A stretch of 64,000 bases of DNA from Candidatus Dasytiphilus stammeri (GTDB taxonomy: Bacteria; Pseudomonadota; Gammaproteobacteria; Enterobacterales; Enterobacteriaceae): positions 198,328-262,327 of the forward strand of contig CP145871.1 of assembly GCA_041941785.1 (NCBI GenBank), given 5' to 3'. The notes beneath the pieces are model-generated. The model did not search any database and was not told where the DNA came from. It saw only the letters and a program-made list of their open reading frames with translations. Below, piece after piece: positions 32,555 to 46,988 of this stretch. The stretch's first letter is position 1; each line of letters opens with the position of its first letter. Made by a program: the position numbers and the translations under genes.

Positions 32555-33916
32555 CTATTTTCCAATACAGAAACTCGAAAATATTTGAGTTAAAAGATCT
32601 TCCGTAGTATATTCTCCTGTAATCTCATTTAATGCTTGATGACACCATCGTAATTCCTCTGCAAGCAATTCTTCACAATGAGTGGTAAAAAAAATTTTTT
32701 TACCGTTTTCTATATAATGAATAGCTTTTTTTAAAGATTCTAAATGTCGTTGGCGAGCGAGAAAATTTCCTTCTCTTATGCTCTTAACTATTAGATTCTG
32801 TTTTATATGATTACATAATAACTTTATTCCGTCTCCTGTGAGGACCGAAATACTGATCACTGTTTGCCCTATAAATTCTGTAATTTGAGCTGGAATGCCT
32901 ATCAAATCAATTTTATTTTTTACTATAGTAACCGGTACATTGTTTGAATACTGATCCAGAAAATTTTCTATTGTTTGTCTACTCTGATCATCATCTCTGC
33001 TATCTACCATAAAAATAATATGATCTGCTATTTTTGTTTGTTCCCAAGCTCGTGCAATACCTATTTGTTCGATAATATTATTCGTTGGATGTATACCTGC
33101 AGTATCAATAATTTGGATTGTTATTCCATCCAGATTGATAATTTCCTGTAACACATCTCTAGTGGTACCTGCAACATCGGTGACAATAGCTGTATCGTGT
33201 CTAGTAAGAACATTAAATAGACTCGATTTTCCCACATTAGGATTACCTAATATTAATACTCGCTTACTATCTCTGATTATACTTCCCTGAAAAGAATTAT
33301 TATGTACTTCATTTAGTTGAATGAGAATATTATTTAACTGATTTTCAATCTCCGTAATATTGACATTATAAACATTTTCATTAGGAAAATCTATGTTAGA
33401 TTCTAATTTTACACGTAAATCAGTTACTACTGCTACTAAGCTAGAGATTAAATTTGAAAATTTTCCTTGTAAAGAATTAAAAGCAGCACGAGCAGTTGCT
33501 TGATTAGTTGCATTAATAAGATCTTCTATAGCTTCAGCTTGTATTAAATCAAGTTTTTTATTAAAAAAAGCCCGCTCAGTAAACTCGCCTGGATTTGCTA
33601 CTCGTACCTGTGAAATAGTAGTTATTCTTTTTAATAATATATCTACTATTATAGGACTACCATGACAATGAAATTCTAATACATCTTCACCTGTAAAAGA
33701 ATGGGGAGCAGGAAACCATAATACGATCCCTTTATCTATAATATTACCTTCTTCATCATAAAACTCTCTATAATTAGCCTTTCTAGATTCTGAAGGTAAT
33801 AATCCTAAAACTTTATGTGCTACTAAAGTGGTGTGTATTCCCGAAACTCGTACTATACTAATACCTCCACGTCCTGGAGGAGTAGCTTGAGATACTATAG
33901 TTTCATTAAATTTCAT
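32555..33916 (-). CDS. mnmE: tRNA modification GTPase MnmE (TrmE)
   Basis: ETIVSQATPPGRGGISIVRVSG, G1 motif GNPNVGKSSLFN, DTAG, NKIDL, and a C-terminal CIGK. Confidence 0.95.
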   Translation of the reverse strand: MKFNETIVSQATPPGRGGISIVRVSGIHTTLVAHKVLGLLPSESRKANYREFYDEEGNIIDKGIVLWFPAPHSFTGEDVLEFHCHGSPIIVDILLKRITTISQVRVANPGEFTERAFFNKKLDLIQAEAIEDLINATNQATARAAFNSLQGKFSNLISSLVAVVTDLRVKLESNIDFPNENVYNVNITEIENQLNNILIQLNEVHNNSFQGSIIRDSKRVLILGNPNVGKSSLFNVLTRHDTAIVTDVAGTTRDVLQEIINLDGITIQIIDTAGIHPTNNIIEQIGIARAWEQTKIADHIIFMVDSRDDDQSRQTIENFLDQYSNNVPVTIVKNKIDLIGIPAQITEFIGQTVISISVLTGDGIKLLCNHIKQNLIVKSIREGNFLARQRHLESLKKAIHYIENGKKIFFTTHCEELLAEELRWCHQALNEITGEYTTEDLLTQIFSSFCIGK

Positions 33917-33944
33917 TTCCTACTCTTGACCTTATAATAATCAA

Positions 33945-35591
33945 TTATTTATATGCATTTTCTTTATTATTTGGGCGCCGATATTGTTTTTGATTGATAC
34001 TATAAGAGATAAGGATCTGCTGTAAGATAGCTAATAAATTACTTACTATATAATATAATACTAATCCGGACGGAAACCAAAAGAAAAAAATGCTAAATAT
34101 AATTGGCATATATGTGAAAATTTTTTGCTGGCTAGGATCAATCATGGTATTGGGAGACATTTTCTGTAGAAAATACATTGTAATACCCATTACTACAGGT
34201 AAAATATAATAAGGATCATGTGCAGAGAGATCATGAATCCATAAGATAAATGGTGCTTGTCGTAGTTCTACTGAATTTATCAACATATAATAAAGGGCAA
34301 GAAAAATAGGCATCTGTATCATCAAAGGTAGACATCCTCCTAAAGGATTTACTTTTTCAGATTGATATAACGCCATTATTTCTTGAGATAAACGATATTT
34401 ATCATCACCCATCCGATCACGGATTGCCTGTATTCTAGGTTGTAGAAGTCTCATTTTTACCATGGATGTATACTGTGCTTTAGTGACAGGATACATAATC
34501 ACTCTAACTAGGAAAGTTATTAAAATAATTGAAAATCCCCAATTTCCTATAATTTTATGGATAAATTTTAATAATTTGAAGAGAGGTTGAGATATAAACC
34601 ATAATAATCCATAATCCACAGTAAGATCTAAATATGGGGCGACTAAAGACATTTGATCTTGGAGTCCAGGTCCTACCCATAGAGTAGCTGATAAAAGTTC
34701 TTTGTGATTAGGATGTATCGTAATAGGAGTCGATTGATAACCTACACTAACTATATTATCTTTTTCTTTCTCAGTATAAAATTTATTTACTCCTCTAGTA
34801 TGTGGAATCCATGCCGTTATGAAATACTGTTGTAACATAGCTATCCAACCTTTAGAGGTTCGAATATCTAAATTGGTATTATTACTTATCTTATTAAATT
34901 TATATTTAACGTATTTTTCTTTATCGGTAGAATATGCTACTCCACGGTAAGTTTGTATATTCAAGTTACCATTATTTTTTGTGCTCTGTGGTAATTGAAT
35001 AGATTGTTTTAGTTGACCGATTAAAGATACTTCTATCGAAGAATTAGAATTGTTAGTGACCAAATAATTAATATCAATCGAATATTGTTTTCGATGTAAA
35101 ACAAAAATTTTGTTATATATAATTCCTTGATTTTCCCAACTTAAGGGAATCTGAATTGTTTGCTGCCCCGGTTTTAAAAAAAAGTTATTAGAAGTAGTCT
35201 TATATAGAGCATTATTTTGATCTATAACTAAATTTTTGGAAAAACTATTTCGGTGTTTAACACCAACTAATAATTTGTTTTGTGCCTGATATAAAAAAGT
35301 AGAGGTAGTATCTAGAAGTTTAAGGGGATTTTTGATCACTAAACTTTCTGGAAATCCCAATAACTTAGCTTGAATTACATTACCTCCCTTAGGAGAAATG
35401 CTTAATTCTAAAACATCTGTTTTTACTGTTATGATTTTTTCTGCTGGCTCGAGATGATGTGCTATCTGTATATTTTGATTATTTTTCCACTGTGGTTGGG
35501 TATGTGCATATTCTACATGCCAAATTTGCCAAATTTTAAAAGAAATAAGCAAAAATGCCATAAAAAATAAATTTCGTTGTAAATCCATCAT
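33945..35591 (-). CDS. yidC: Membrane protein insertase YidC
   Basis: 548 aa, MDLQRNLFFMAFLL... with a large periplasmic domain and a conserved C-terminal core (GGCLPLMIQMPIFLALYYML). The start is one of two tandem ATGs (35591 or 35588). Confidence 0.95.
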   Translation of the reverse strand: MMDLQRNLFFMAFLLISFKIWQIWHVEYAHTQPQWKNNQNIQIAHHLEPAEKIITVKTDVLELSISPKGGNVIQAKLLGFPESLVIKNPLKLLDTTSTFLYQAQNKLLVGVKHRNSFSKNLVIDQNNALYKTTSNNFFLKPGQQTIQIPLSWENQGIIYNKIFVLHRKQYSIDINYLVTNNSNSSIEVSLIGQLKQSIQLPQSTKNNGNLNIQTYRGVAYSTDKEKYVKYKFNKISNNTNLDIRTSKGWIAMLQQYFITAWIPHTRGVNKFYTEKEKDNIVSVGYQSTPITIHPNHKELLSATLWVGPGLQDQMSLVAPYLDLTVDYGLLWFISQPLFKLLKFIHKIIGNWGFSIILITFLVRVIMYPVTKAQYTSMVKMRLLQPRIQAIRDRMGDDKYRLSQEIMALYQSEKVNPLGGCLPLMIQMPIFLALYYMLINSVELRQAPFILWIHDLSAHDPYYILPVVMGITMYFLQKMSPNTMIDPSQQKIFTYMPIIFSIFFFWFPSGLVLYYIVSNLLAILQQILISYSINQKQYRRPNNKENAYK

Positions 35592-35601
35592 TAAAATATC
35601 T

Positions 35602-35844
35602 CTAGTGGTGATTTATTTTAGGTACATCCTTACCACCTGCTGTCAAAGGATGACATCTTAATATACGTTTTACTGTTAACCAACTACCTTTGATTACTCC
35701 TAATTTACTTATAACTTCAATAGCATATTGAGAACAGGTTGGTTCAAAACGACAATTAGGACGTAATAGCACACTAATAAAATATTGATAGTGGTGAATG
35801 ATTGAGATTATCAGTCGTCTTCCAGAATACAAAAATTTTTCCAT
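35602..35844 (-). CDS. yidD: Membrane protein insertion efficiency factor YidD
   Basis: [37 protein letters not shown]. It overlaps the 3' end of rnpA. Confidence 0.85.
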   Translation of the reverse strand: MEKFLYSGRRLIISIIHHYQYFISVLLRPNCRFEPTCSQYAIEVISKLGVIKGSWLTVKRILRCHPLTAGGKDVPKINHH

Positions 35845-36167
35845 AATATTTTTAATATGTTTAGAATTGAATTATTATTTTTTTTAATTAAAGATTTTTT
35901 TATAATTACAATAAAATCTATCGATCTTAGATAATTTTGATGTAAACGAAAACTTTCTCGTATAAGTCTTTTAATTCTATTCCGTTCATGTGCTGGCTTA
36001 ATTACTTTTTTACTTATACATATTCCCACCCGTGGGTATTCTAGAAAATTAGTTCGATAGATGATCGTAATATCTGTGATAAAAAGGGATTTTGAATTTC
36101 GAAAAACATCTCTAAATTTTTTATCATTATCTAACCGCAATATCTTTGGAAATTTATATCTTTCCAT
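35811..36167 (-). CDS. rnpA: RNase P protein component
   Basis: The RNR motif [16 protein letters not shown] is present, 118 aa, downstream of rpmH. Confidence 0.9.
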   Translation of the reverse strand: MERYKFPKILRLDNDKKFRDVFRNSKSLFITDITIIYRTNFLEYPRVGICISKKVIKPAHERNRIKRLIRESFRLHQNYLRSIDFIVIIKKSLIKKNNNSILNILKILWKNFCILEDD

Positions 36168-36191
36168 TTTTACTTTTTAAGTAAAATTAAA

Positions 36192-36335
36192 TTATGAATT
36201 AGCAATGCTCAAACAAGATCGTTTTTTAGCACGACGTCGAGCAAAAATCTTACGTCCATTTTTAGTGGACATTCTAATACGAAAACCATGACTACGATGC
36301 CGCTTGATTACGGAAGGTTGAAAAGTACGTTTCAT
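36192..36335 (-). CDS. rpmH: 50S ribosomal protein L34 (below the ORF-track length cutoff)
   Basis: Manual translation gives [47 protein letters not shown] (47 aa), a near match to E. coli L34. Confidence 0.9.
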   Translation of the reverse strand: MKRTFQPSVIKRHRSHGFRIRMSTKNGRKIFARRRAKKRSCLSIANS

Positions 36336-36555
36336 AATTCACTTCTTTTTTTAGATAAAAATATCTAATATTAATAAGGGAGTCAATAAAATTTAAAAAA
36401 AAATTTCTTTTTTCTGACGTCACGATATTATTTTAAATCCACAAGATGTAATTTAATATTAACTGTGATAAAATTCAATATTTAAGCTCCAAATTATAGG
36501 ATTAAAAAACCTGACCCGAAATAACTTATTTATTATAATATTTTAAAAATATTTT

Positions 36556-37659
36556 ATGAAATTTACTATAAAACGTGAACAATTACTAAAACCATTACAA
36601 CAAACTACTAGAACTATTAGTAATAAACCCTTATTGCCTATAATTAATAATATTCTTCTCAAAGTAAGTCAAGGAACATTATGGTTAACTTCTACTGATC
36701 TTGAAATAGAGATGAAAACACATCTTCTTCTAACAGAACCATATGAACCAGGTTTAATTACTGTCCCAGCCAGAAAATTATTAGAAATTTGTAGATGTTT
36801 GCCCGCTAATTGCGACATAAGTGCTTCTCTAAAACAAGAACAAATGTTGTTAACTTCTGGAAATAGTAAGTTTTATTTAGCTACTTTATCAGCAGATAAT
36901 TTTCCAAATTTAGACGACTTTATAAATGAAATCGAGTTTACTATTAACCAAAATATAATGAAACATTTGATAGAAGCTACCGCTTTTTCTATGGCACGAC
37001 AAGATGTACGTTATTACCTTAATGGTCTTTTGTTAGAGGTTAATGGTAGAGAACTGTGTACTGTAGCTACTGATGGACATCGGTTATCTTTTTGTAAGAC
37101 CATTTTAAGTAAAAGTTTTTCTTACACTGCAATTATTATACCAAGAAAGACAGTAATCGAAATTTTAAGGTTATTAGAAAATAATGAACAATTATTAAAA
37201 ATCAAGTTTAGTAAAAATCATATGAGACTATATCTCACTAATTGTATTATTACATCTAGAATTATCGATGGACAGTTTCCTAATTATCGTACAGTATTAC
37301 AAAATAATTATGATAAACTAGTATTAGTAGAAGCAGATTTATTGAGATCTGCTTTATCTCGTGCTTATATTCTGGCTAATGAAAGATTACACGGAGTATG
37401 TTTAGATTTTAAAACCAATAGGTTAAAAATTACTGCTACTAATATGGCACAAGAAAAAGCGGAAGAACTAGTGGATGTTATTTATAAAGGTGAACATTTA
37501 AGTATAATTATTAATGTTAGATACCTCTTAGATGTATTGCAAATTTTAAAAGACGAAAATATTCAGATCTTTCTCATAGATTCAGAATCGAGTATTCAAA
37601 TTAAAAGAGTTACGATTTATTCAGATGATATGTATGTAATAATGCCAATGCAATTATAA
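36556..37659 (+). CDS. dnaN: DNA polymerase III beta sliding clamp
   Basis: MKFTIKREQLLKPLQQ...VATDGHRLS...PMQL, 367 aa. Confidence 0.95.
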   Translation: MKFTIKREQLLKPLQQTTRTISNKPLLPIINNILLKVSQGTLWLTSTDLEIEMKTHLLLTEPYEPGLITVPARKLLEICRCLPANCDISASLKQEQMLLTSGNSKFYLATLSADNFPNLDDFINEIEFTINQNIMKHLIEATAFSMARQDVRYYLNGLLLEVNGRELCTVATDGHRLSFCKTILSKSFSYTAIIIPRKTVIEILRLLENNEQLLKIKFSKNHMRLYLTNCIITSRIIDGQFPNYRTVLQNNYDKLVLVEADLLRSALSRAYILANERLHGVCLDFKTNRLKITATNMAQEKAEELVDVIYKGEHLSIIINVRYLLDVLQILKDENIQIFLIDSESSIQIKRVTIYSDDMYVIMPMQL

Positions 37660-37779
37660 TGTAACTTAAAATATAATTTTATAGTAATAAAAGTTTACCT
37701 GCATCTTTTTCCAAATAATAAATTATTGATATATCCTCCTACTAAGAATTTGTTAACAATTTAATTGTTATATAAGTGA

Positions 37780-40185
<2,406 letters not shown>

Positions 40186-40196
40186 AAAATATATCT

Positions 40197-41729
40197 TTAT
40201 TCCTCCGGACGTAAAGTAGGAAAAAGAATAACATCTCGTATATTAAACTTATTAGTCAATATCATTACTAGGCGATCAATTCCAATGCCTAGACCAGCAG
40301 TAGGTGGCATACCATGTTCTAATGCTCTAATATAATCTTTATCATAGATATTTTCATTATTATATTGATGATTATTATGATCATCGGATTGATAATTACA
40401 TCTTTGTTGTATAAAGCGATTATATTGTTCTTCAGCATCATTTAGCTCCGAAAAACCATTCCCTATCTCATAACCATTAATAAAGAATTCAAATCTTTCG
40501 GATAGAAAGGAATAGTTATCATGACTACGCGCTAAGGGGGAGACTTCAGTAGGATAATCTATAATAAAAGTGGGATATATTAAATGTTTTTCTACCGATA
40601 TATCAAAAATTTCAGTTAGAATACGTCCATGACCCCAATGACTTTTTATATGAATTCCTAAACCTTCCGCAAATTTTGACGTCAGATGAACATCTTCTAA
40701 GATATTTAGATTAATTTCGGGACAATATTTTAATATTGCTTCTTTCATAGAAAGTTTAGTAAAAGATTTATTAAAATCAAACGTGTATTTTCCATACTGG
40801 ATTATGGAAGTACCTAATATTTTTTGTGTTAAGTTTCTTAATAACTTTTCAGTAATTTTAATAAGATCTTTGTAATCAGCATAAGCCATATACAGTTCCA
40901 TCATAGTAAATTCAGGATTATGTCGTGGAGATACTCCCTCATTGCGAAAATTTCGGCTTAATTCAAATATTCTTTCCAAACCACCTATTACCAAGCGTTT
41001 AAGATAAAGTTCGGGAGCAATGCGAAGATATAAGTTGATATCCAGAGCATTATGATGAGTAATAAACGGTTGTGCTCCAGCTCCTCCAGCTATTTTCTGC
41101 ATTATAGGAGTTTCTACTTCTATAAAATTTTCTTTATCCATGAATTTTCTAATGTTAAAGATAATTTTAGAACGTAAAATAAAAGTATCTCGTGACTGAT
41201 CGTTAGTAATAAGATCAAGATAACGTTGTCGATAACAAGTTTCTTTATCTACTAAGCGATGAAATTTATCAGGTAAAGGACGAAGTGCTTTCGTCAAAAG
41301 ACGTATTTTTGTACAAGATATTGAAAGTTCATTAGTGTTAGTTTTAAATAAAATTCCCTGAGCACCAATAATATCTCCTAAATCCCAACTTTTAAATTCG
41401 TTATAATAAAAATTATTATCATAAATATCATATTTGATATATAATTGAATTCTTCCCTCTCTATCTTGGAGAGTAATAAAAGATGATTTACCCATAATAC
41501 GTCGGGTTATAATACGTCCTGCTACTCTAATAACAATATTGAGATTTTTTAAATCAATCTTATTTTTATTACCAAATTTGAAATGTAGTTCACTAGAAAG
41601 ACAAGTAGGACGAAAATCATTTGGAAATGCTATTCCCTGTTTACGTAATTGATGTAATTTTTTTCGTCTATTTTGGAACTCATCATTTAACTCATCTGTA
41701 TTTAGAGATGAATGTGATTTTTTAGACAT
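40197..41729 (-). CDS. lysS: Lysine--tRNA ligase
   Basis: 510 aa, class IIb, with an OB anticodon-binding domain plus [20 protein letters not shown] and [13 protein letters not shown]. It lies downstream of prfB as in E. coli. Confidence 0.95.
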   Translation of the reverse strand: MSKKSHSSLNTDELNDEFQNRRKKLHQLRKQGIAFPNDFRPTCLSSELHFKFGNKNKIDLKNLNIVIRVAGRIITRRIMGKSSFITLQDREGRIQLYIKYDIYDNNFYYNEFKSWDLGDIIGAQGILFKTNTNELSISCTKIRLLTKALRPLPDKFHRLVDKETCYRQRYLDLITNDQSRDTFILRSKIIFNIRKFMDKENFIEVETPIMQKIAGGAGAQPFITHHNALDINLYLRIAPELYLKRLVIGGLERIFELSRNFRNEGVSPRHNPEFTMMELYMAYADYKDLIKITEKLLRNLTQKILGTSIIQYGKYTFDFNKSFTKLSMKEAILKYCPEINLNILEDVHLTSKFAEGLGIHIKSHWGHGRILTEIFDISVEKHLIYPTFIIDYPTEVSPLARSHDNYSFLSERFEFFINGYEIGNGFSELNDAEEQYNRFIQQRCNYQSDDHNNHQYNNENIYDKDYIRALEHGMPPTAGLGIGIDRLVMILTNKFNIRDVILFPTLRPEE

Positions 41730-41741
41730 TAATATGCCTCA

Positions 41742-42850
41742 TCATCTAGCTTTTAAATTTTCTTCAAGAAATAAGTCTATTTCCCCATTTAAAACCGCTT
41801 GTATATTACGAGTTTCTATACCCGTACGTAAATCCTTAATACGTGAATCATCAAGTACATAAGATCTGATTTGTCTTCCCCATGCAATATCCGGTTTATT
41901 TTTTTCCTGCGTCTGTTTATCTGCATTTCTTTTTTTTAACTCTAGATTATATAATTTAGCTTTCATTTGTTTAATGGCTTGCTCTTTATTTTTATGCTGA
42001 GAACGATTATTTTGACATTGTGTAACTGTTCCAGTAGGAATATGTGTAATGCGTACTGCAGATTCAGTACGATTTACATGTTGTCCCCCTGCACCCGAAG
42101 ATCGATATACATCAATTCGTAAATCGGAAAAATTCAGCTCGATCTCTATATTATCTTTAACTTCTGGATATATAAATGCAGAACTAAAAGAAGTATGTCG
42201 TCTTCCGCCAGAATCAAATGGACTTTTACGAACTAAACGATGAATACCGGTTTCAGTACGTAACCATCCAAATGCATATTCTCCTGAAACACGAATTGTT
42301 GTACATTTTATTCCTGCTTTCTCTCCTAACGATTCGGAAAGAATTTCAGTAATAAATTTCTTTTTTTCAGCCCATCGTAAATACATTCGGCTTAACATAT
42401 AAGCCCAATCTTGAGCTTCTATTCCGCCTGATCCTGCTTGTATATCTAGATAGCAGTTTTCTCGATCTTGTTGTCTATTAAAAAATTTCCTAAATTCTAA
42501 TTCTCTTATCCTGTCTTCTATATTTTTTAGGTCAGTATATATTACTGGTAATATTTCGAGATTATTTTCCTCCGCAGCTAATTCTAGTAAAGTTTTAGCA
42601 TCGTTTAACTCACTGAATAAAGCTTGTAGAGCATTTAAAGTAGCTCCTAGTAAAGAACGCTGCTTATTTAAAGTACTTACTAATGAAATATTTTTCCAGG
42701 TTTGATTTTGGGCCAAAAGAATATTAATTTTTTGGAGGCTTTCTTGAGTAGAGATATAATCAAAGATTCCTCCGTAAGCTCTTACTACGTTTATAAAGTT
42801 GTAGTATCATCTCAGTTAAATAGGAAATATCGAAAACATTTTTTGTCATT
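41742..42850 (-). CDS. prfB: Peptide chain release factor 2, expressed via programmed +1 frameshift
   Basis: The main frame has SPF ([15 protein letters not shown]) and GGQ ([13 protein letters not shown]). An upstream 29-codon frame, [29 protein letters not shown], ends at CTT TGA. A +1 shift continues as [22 protein letters not shown]. Coordinates upstream of about 42660 may be off by 1 (see the rejected notes). Confidence 0.92.
42761..42774 (-). promoter_or_regulatory. prfB +1 frameshift cassette: internal SD-like GGAGG, 3-nt spacer, slippery CTT followed by in-frame TGA
   Basis: The minus strand reads CGG AGG AAT CTT TGA T. The E. coli site is AGG GGG TAT CTT TGA C. Confidence 0.85.
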
Positions 42851-43058
42851 ACAAGCTCAGACTATCTTAATACAACTAGATTATTTCACATGATGTGAAT
42901 ATAAAAGATGAGGATCAAGAATTCAAGTATTTTAAATAATATTCAAAATAATATTAATTATTCAAATATTTTAGTTATTTTTATGTTCTTACAATATTTC
43001 TTGTTTTGTTAAAATAAAAAGTTATATTTATAAAAATTATAAAATAAGTTATTTTTAT

Positions 43059-44042
43059 ATGAAATTGAGAGAGTATTTTACTTTACCTCTTTTATCTAGT
43101 GAATTACCACTGACGTTAATTTCTCTGGAAGAATGGTGTCTTATTACTACTACAGGAATGGATGCTCTAAGTTATATGCAAGGACAGATTACATCTGATA
43201 TTAATCAATTACATGTTAATCATTATTGTCCCAGTGCTCACTGTAATGCTAAAGGAAAAATGTTGACTAACTTATTATTATTTTTTTATAAAGGACATCT
43301 ATCTTGGATAATACGAAATTCAGTACGTGATATTCAAATATCAGCGTTAAAAAAATATGCCATCTTTTCAGATTTTAATGTAACTGCACTGGATAGAACG
43401 GTTATTCTAGGTATTGCAGGACACGAAGCTAAATCTACCCTTAATCAAATATTTCCTGTATTACCTAGTATCCACTGTCCTGTAGTAGAAAATACTAGTA
43501 GTACGCTCTTGCTTTACTTTCCCCTCCCTAAGGATCGCTTTTTAATCATTACTAATTTAACTAGAGCCAGAAAATTACAACAACACCTATCTCAAAGATT
43601 TTTTATTAAATTTAATAATAGTAAACAATGGCTAACTTTAGATATCGAAGCAGGGTATCCTATTATTGATAAGGATAATTCTGGTCAATTTTTTCCACAA
43701 GCGGCAAACTTACATTATATGAAAGCTATTAGTTGGACTAAAGGATGTTATATAGGTCAAGAAATGATATCTCGTGTTCAGTATCGAGGAATAAATAAAC
43801 GCGGTCTTTACATGCTAGTGTTCAAATCACCATATTTGCCTTGTTCTAACGATGTAATAGAAATAAAATGCAGCTTTGATAGCTGGACAAAGTGTGGTAA
43901 AGTTTTGGCTGCTTGTCGTGTACAAAATGGAAAAATATGGATCCAAGCAATTCTAGATTATAATATACCTTCAGGTAGTGAATTACGTATTTCAGGATGT
44001 ACAGATCTTCTATATCTGCAATCTTTTTCTTATAAAGAATAA
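43059..44042 (+). CDS. ygfZ: Folate-binding tRNA-modification / Fe-S cluster repair protein YgfZ
   Basis: LPLTLISLEEWCLITTTGMDALSYMQGQITSDI...KGCYIGQEMISRVQYRG is collinear with E. coli YgfZ, including the KGCY(T/I)GQE motif. Confidence 0.85.
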   Translation: MKLREYFTLPLLSSELPLTLISLEEWCLITTTGMDALSYMQGQITSDINQLHVNHYCPSAHCNAKGKMLTNLLLFFYKGHLSWIIRNSVRDIQISALKKYAIFSDFNVTALDRTVILGIAGHEAKSTLNQIFPVLPSIHCPVVENTSSTLLLYFPLPKDRFLIITNLTRARKLQQHLSQRFFIKFNNSKQWLTLDIEAGYPIIDKDNSGQFFPQAANLHYMKAISWTKGCYIGQEMISRVQYRGINKRGLYMLVFKSPYLPCSNDVIEIKCSFDSWTKCGKVLAACRVQNGKIWIQAILDYNIPSGSELRISGCTDLLYLQSFSYKE

Positions 44043-44094
44043 ATCCATTATTAATTTTTTATGAGTTATTAAATAAGTATCTATACTTTTTTCT

Positions 44095-46956
44095 TTAAGA
44101 AGCAGGAAAATGCGTACAGAGCAGATTTTTGTCTCCAAAGATATCATCTAATCGTTTGACAGGCGGCCAATATTTATTTTCCATTTTTAAGGGAAAAAAT
44201 GCTTGTTTTATACTATACGGATGATTCCATTTTGCTGCTAAATCGGATTGCGTATGTGGTGCATTCACTAGAGGATTATCATCAAGGGGCCAGTATCCTT
44301 TTTCTATTAAATTTATTTCTTCGCGGATAGCTCTCATTGCTTCAATAAAATTATCTATCTCAATTTTATCTTCGGATTCTGTTGGTTCAATCATCATAGT
44401 TCCCGGTACCGGAAATGATATGGTCGGTGCATGAAAGCCATAATCTATAAGACGTTTAGCAATATCTATTTCTCCAATACCTATTTTATATTTTAAGGGC
44501 CGTATATCAATGATACATTCATGTGCTACTAGATTATTTCGTCCTGTGTATAATATAGGATATGTTGTACTTATTCTTTTAGCAATATAATTAGCATTAA
44601 GTATTGCTATTTCACTAGATAATCGTAATCCTTTTGTTCCCATCATTCGAATATACATCCAACATATAGGTAAAAGTGCGGCACTTCCGAAAGGAGCCGC
44701 ACAGACTGGATTCTGAGAATGTATCAGTCCCTTAATTTTTATTATTTTATGTCCTGGTAAAAAATTAGCTAGATGTTTTTTGACACCAATGGGACCTAAT
44801 CCGGGACCTCCTCCACCGTGAGGAATACAAAAAGTTTTATGCAGATTAAGATGAACAACATCTGCACCAATAGTACAGGGATTAGTAATTCCAAGTTGAG
44901 CATTCATATTAGCACCATCTAGATAAACCTGTCCTCCATAGTGATGGATAAGTTTACATATTTCAGTAATTTTTTCCTCGAAAATTCCATAAGTAGACGG
45001 ATAAGTAATCATTAAACAACCTAAATTTTTACCAGCTTGTTCTGCTTTTCGTCGTAAGTCATTTAATTCAATATTCCCCTGATTATCACAGCTAATAGGA
45101 ATGACCTTCATGCCCACCAATTTAGCTGAAGCCGGATTAGTACCATGAGCTGAATTAGGGATAAGACATATATTACGATTATTTTCCTTTCGACTTTCAT
45201 GATATCGTCGAAGGGTGAGAAGACCAGCATACTCTCCTTGTGCGCCAGAATTAGGTTGAAGACTGAATGCTTTATAACCAGTTAGAAGCATAAACCAATT
45301 GGATAACTGATAGATCAATTTTATGTAACCTCTTATTTGATCTAGAGGACAAAACGGATGAATTTCAGTAAATTCCGGCCAACTAAACGGAATCATTTCT
45401 ACAGCCGCATTAAGTTTCATAGTACAGGATCCCAATGGAATCATTGAATAATTTAGAGCAAGATCTTTACATTCTAGTCTATGCAGATATCTCATCATGG
45501 CTGTTTCACTATGAAAACTATTAAAAATAGGATGGGTTAATATCCGTTCAGTACGTAATAAATTTTGAGGTAACGATATACTATCATTATGTTGTTTTAT
45601 ATAATAATCTAATAGTGTAAGATCTAATCCATGTCCGTCTTCTAACAAGATAGAAAATAATGACATTATATCTTGGCTGGTAGTAGTTTCATCTAAAGTT
45701 ATACCTACAGCATTATTTAGGTCATTACGTAAATTTACTCCTAAATTTAGAGCACGTAATAATATTTTTTCCTTATCTTCTACTTCAATAGTTAGAGTAT
45801 CAAACCAAGACTTATTAGATAATTTTAATCCTCCAATTTGCAAACCCATAGCTAAAATATCTGTTAACCGATTGATGCGAGTAGCAATTCTTTTTAATCC
45901 TTCAGGCCCATGATAAACAACATAAAAACCTGCTACTATAGCTAAAAGTGCCTGGGAAGTACAAATATTCGAAGTAGCTTTTTCCCGACGAATATGCTGC
46001 TCGCGAGTTTGAAGAGCCATGCGAAAAGCTCTTTTTCCTGATTGGTCTCGAGAAACTCCTATAATACGACCAGGCATGGAACGTTTATATTCTTCTCTAG
46101 TTGCATAAAAAGCGGCATGAGGACCACCATATCCCATTGGCATGCCAAAACGTTGTGCAGATCCAAAAACTATATCTGCTCCCTGTGTTCCGGGTCCCTT
46201 CAAAAGAACTAAAGACATAATATCGGTAGCTACAGTGATAATCACTTTATTTTTTTTCAGTTCAGATATTAAAGATGAAAAATTATGAATGTTCCCAGTA
46301 GTACCTATATATTGTAATAATATTCCAAAGATATTTTTATAATTAAGAGCATTATCAGGATGATCGATAATAATATCTATTTCTAAAGTACTAGCTCGAG
46401 TTTGGAGAACATCTATAGTTTGGCGATGCACATCATTAGCTATGAAAAATCTATTAGTTTTAATGGAACTAATACGTTTTGCCATAGCCATTGCTTCTGC
46501 AGCGGCAGTAGCTTCATCTAATAAAGACGCAGAAGCTATAGGAAGTCCTGTTAAATCGACAGTAATTTGCTGAAAATTTAGTAATGCTTCTAATCGACCC
46601 TGAGAAATTTCTGGTTGATATGGAGTATAAGAAGTATACCATCCGGGATTTTCTAATACATTACGTAAAATTACTGGAGGTATTATAGTGCCACAATAAC
46701 CCATGCCAATCCAAGATTTAAAAATCTTATTTTTTTTAGCAATATTTTTTAATTCTAATAAAGCTAAATGTTCTGGTACTGCATTACACAGATTAGGAAT
46801 GGTGGATAGCTGTATTTCTGGCGGTAATACTGCCGTAATTAATTCCTTAAGAGATGAAATTCCAATTGTTGAGAGCATAGATTTTTGTTGTTGCCAACAT
46901 GGTCCAATATGTCTCGATATAAATGAATCTTCAAGTTTTTTTAAAGATTTTTTCAT
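44095..46956 (-). CDS. gcvP: Glycine dehydrogenase (decarboxylating), glycine cleavage P protein
   Basis: 953 aa, FISRHIGP..., with the PLP lysine context [18 protein letters not shown]. Confidence 0.97.
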   Translation of the reverse strand: MKKSLKKLEDSFISRHIGPCWQQQKSMLSTIGISSLKELITAVLPPEIQLSTIPNLCNAVPEHLALLELKNIAKKNKIFKSWIGMGYCGTIIPPVILRNVLENPGWYTSYTPYQPEISQGRLEALLNFQQITVDLTGLPIASASLLDEATAAAEAMAMAKRISSIKTNRFFIANDVHRQTIDVLQTRASTLEIDIIIDHPDNALNYKNIFGILLQYIGTTGNIHNFSSLISELKKNKVIITVATDIMSLVLLKGPGTQGADIVFGSAQRFGMPMGYGGPHAAFYATREEYKRSMPGRIIGVSRDQSGKRAFRMALQTREQHIRREKATSNICTSQALLAIVAGFYVVYHGPEGLKRIATRINRLTDILAMGLQIGGLKLSNKSWFDTLTIEVEDKEKILLRALNLGVNLRNDLNNAVGITLDETTTSQDIMSLFSILLEDGHGLDLTLLDYYIKQHNDSISLPQNLLRTERILTHPIFNSFHSETAMMRYLHRLECKDLALNYSMIPLGSCTMKLNAAVEMIPFSWPEFTEIHPFCPLDQIRGYIKLIYQLSNWFMLLTGYKAFSLQPNSGAQGEYAGLLTLRRYHESRKENNRNICLIPNSAHGTNPASAKLVGMKVIPISCDNQGNIELNDLRRKAEQAGKNLGCLMITYPSTYGIFEEKITEICKLIHHYGGQVYLDGANMNAQLGITNPCTIGADVVHLNLHKTFCIPHGGGGPGLGPIGVKKHLANFLPGHKIIKIKGLIHSQNPVCAAPFGSAALLPICWMYIRMMGTKGLRLSSEIAILNANYIAKRISTTYPILYTGRNNLVAHECIIDIRPLKYKIGIGEIDIAKRLIDYGFHAPTISFPVPGTMMIEPTESEDKIEIDNFIEAMRAIREEINLIEKGYWPLDDNPLVNAPHTQSDLAAKWNHPYSIKQAFFPLKMENKYWPPVKRLDDIFGDKNLLCTHFPAS

Positions 46957-46988
46957 ATATAAATAAAATTTATGATAAGTGTTTAAAA

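Noticed and set aside
42702-42893. A 63-aa plus-strand ORF overlapping the prfB leader.
   Set aside because: It is antisense to the prfB frameshift leader, which explains the sequence.
42655-42900. An apparent 1-nt discrepancy. By my manual count of the printed sequence, the prfB TTG/Leu codon, the frameshift site and the plus-strand ORF lie 1 nt to the right of the ORF-track coordinates (42717 versus 42716; 42703-42894 versus 42702-42893). The printed junction at 42660/42661 also seems to carry an extra C relative to the track translation (KQR).
   Set aside because: The ORF-track translation is continuous, and coordinates agree again by 43059. I attribute this to my hand-counting rather than to a real second frameshift in prfB. 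Coordinates in 42660-42900 should be treated as plus or minus 1.
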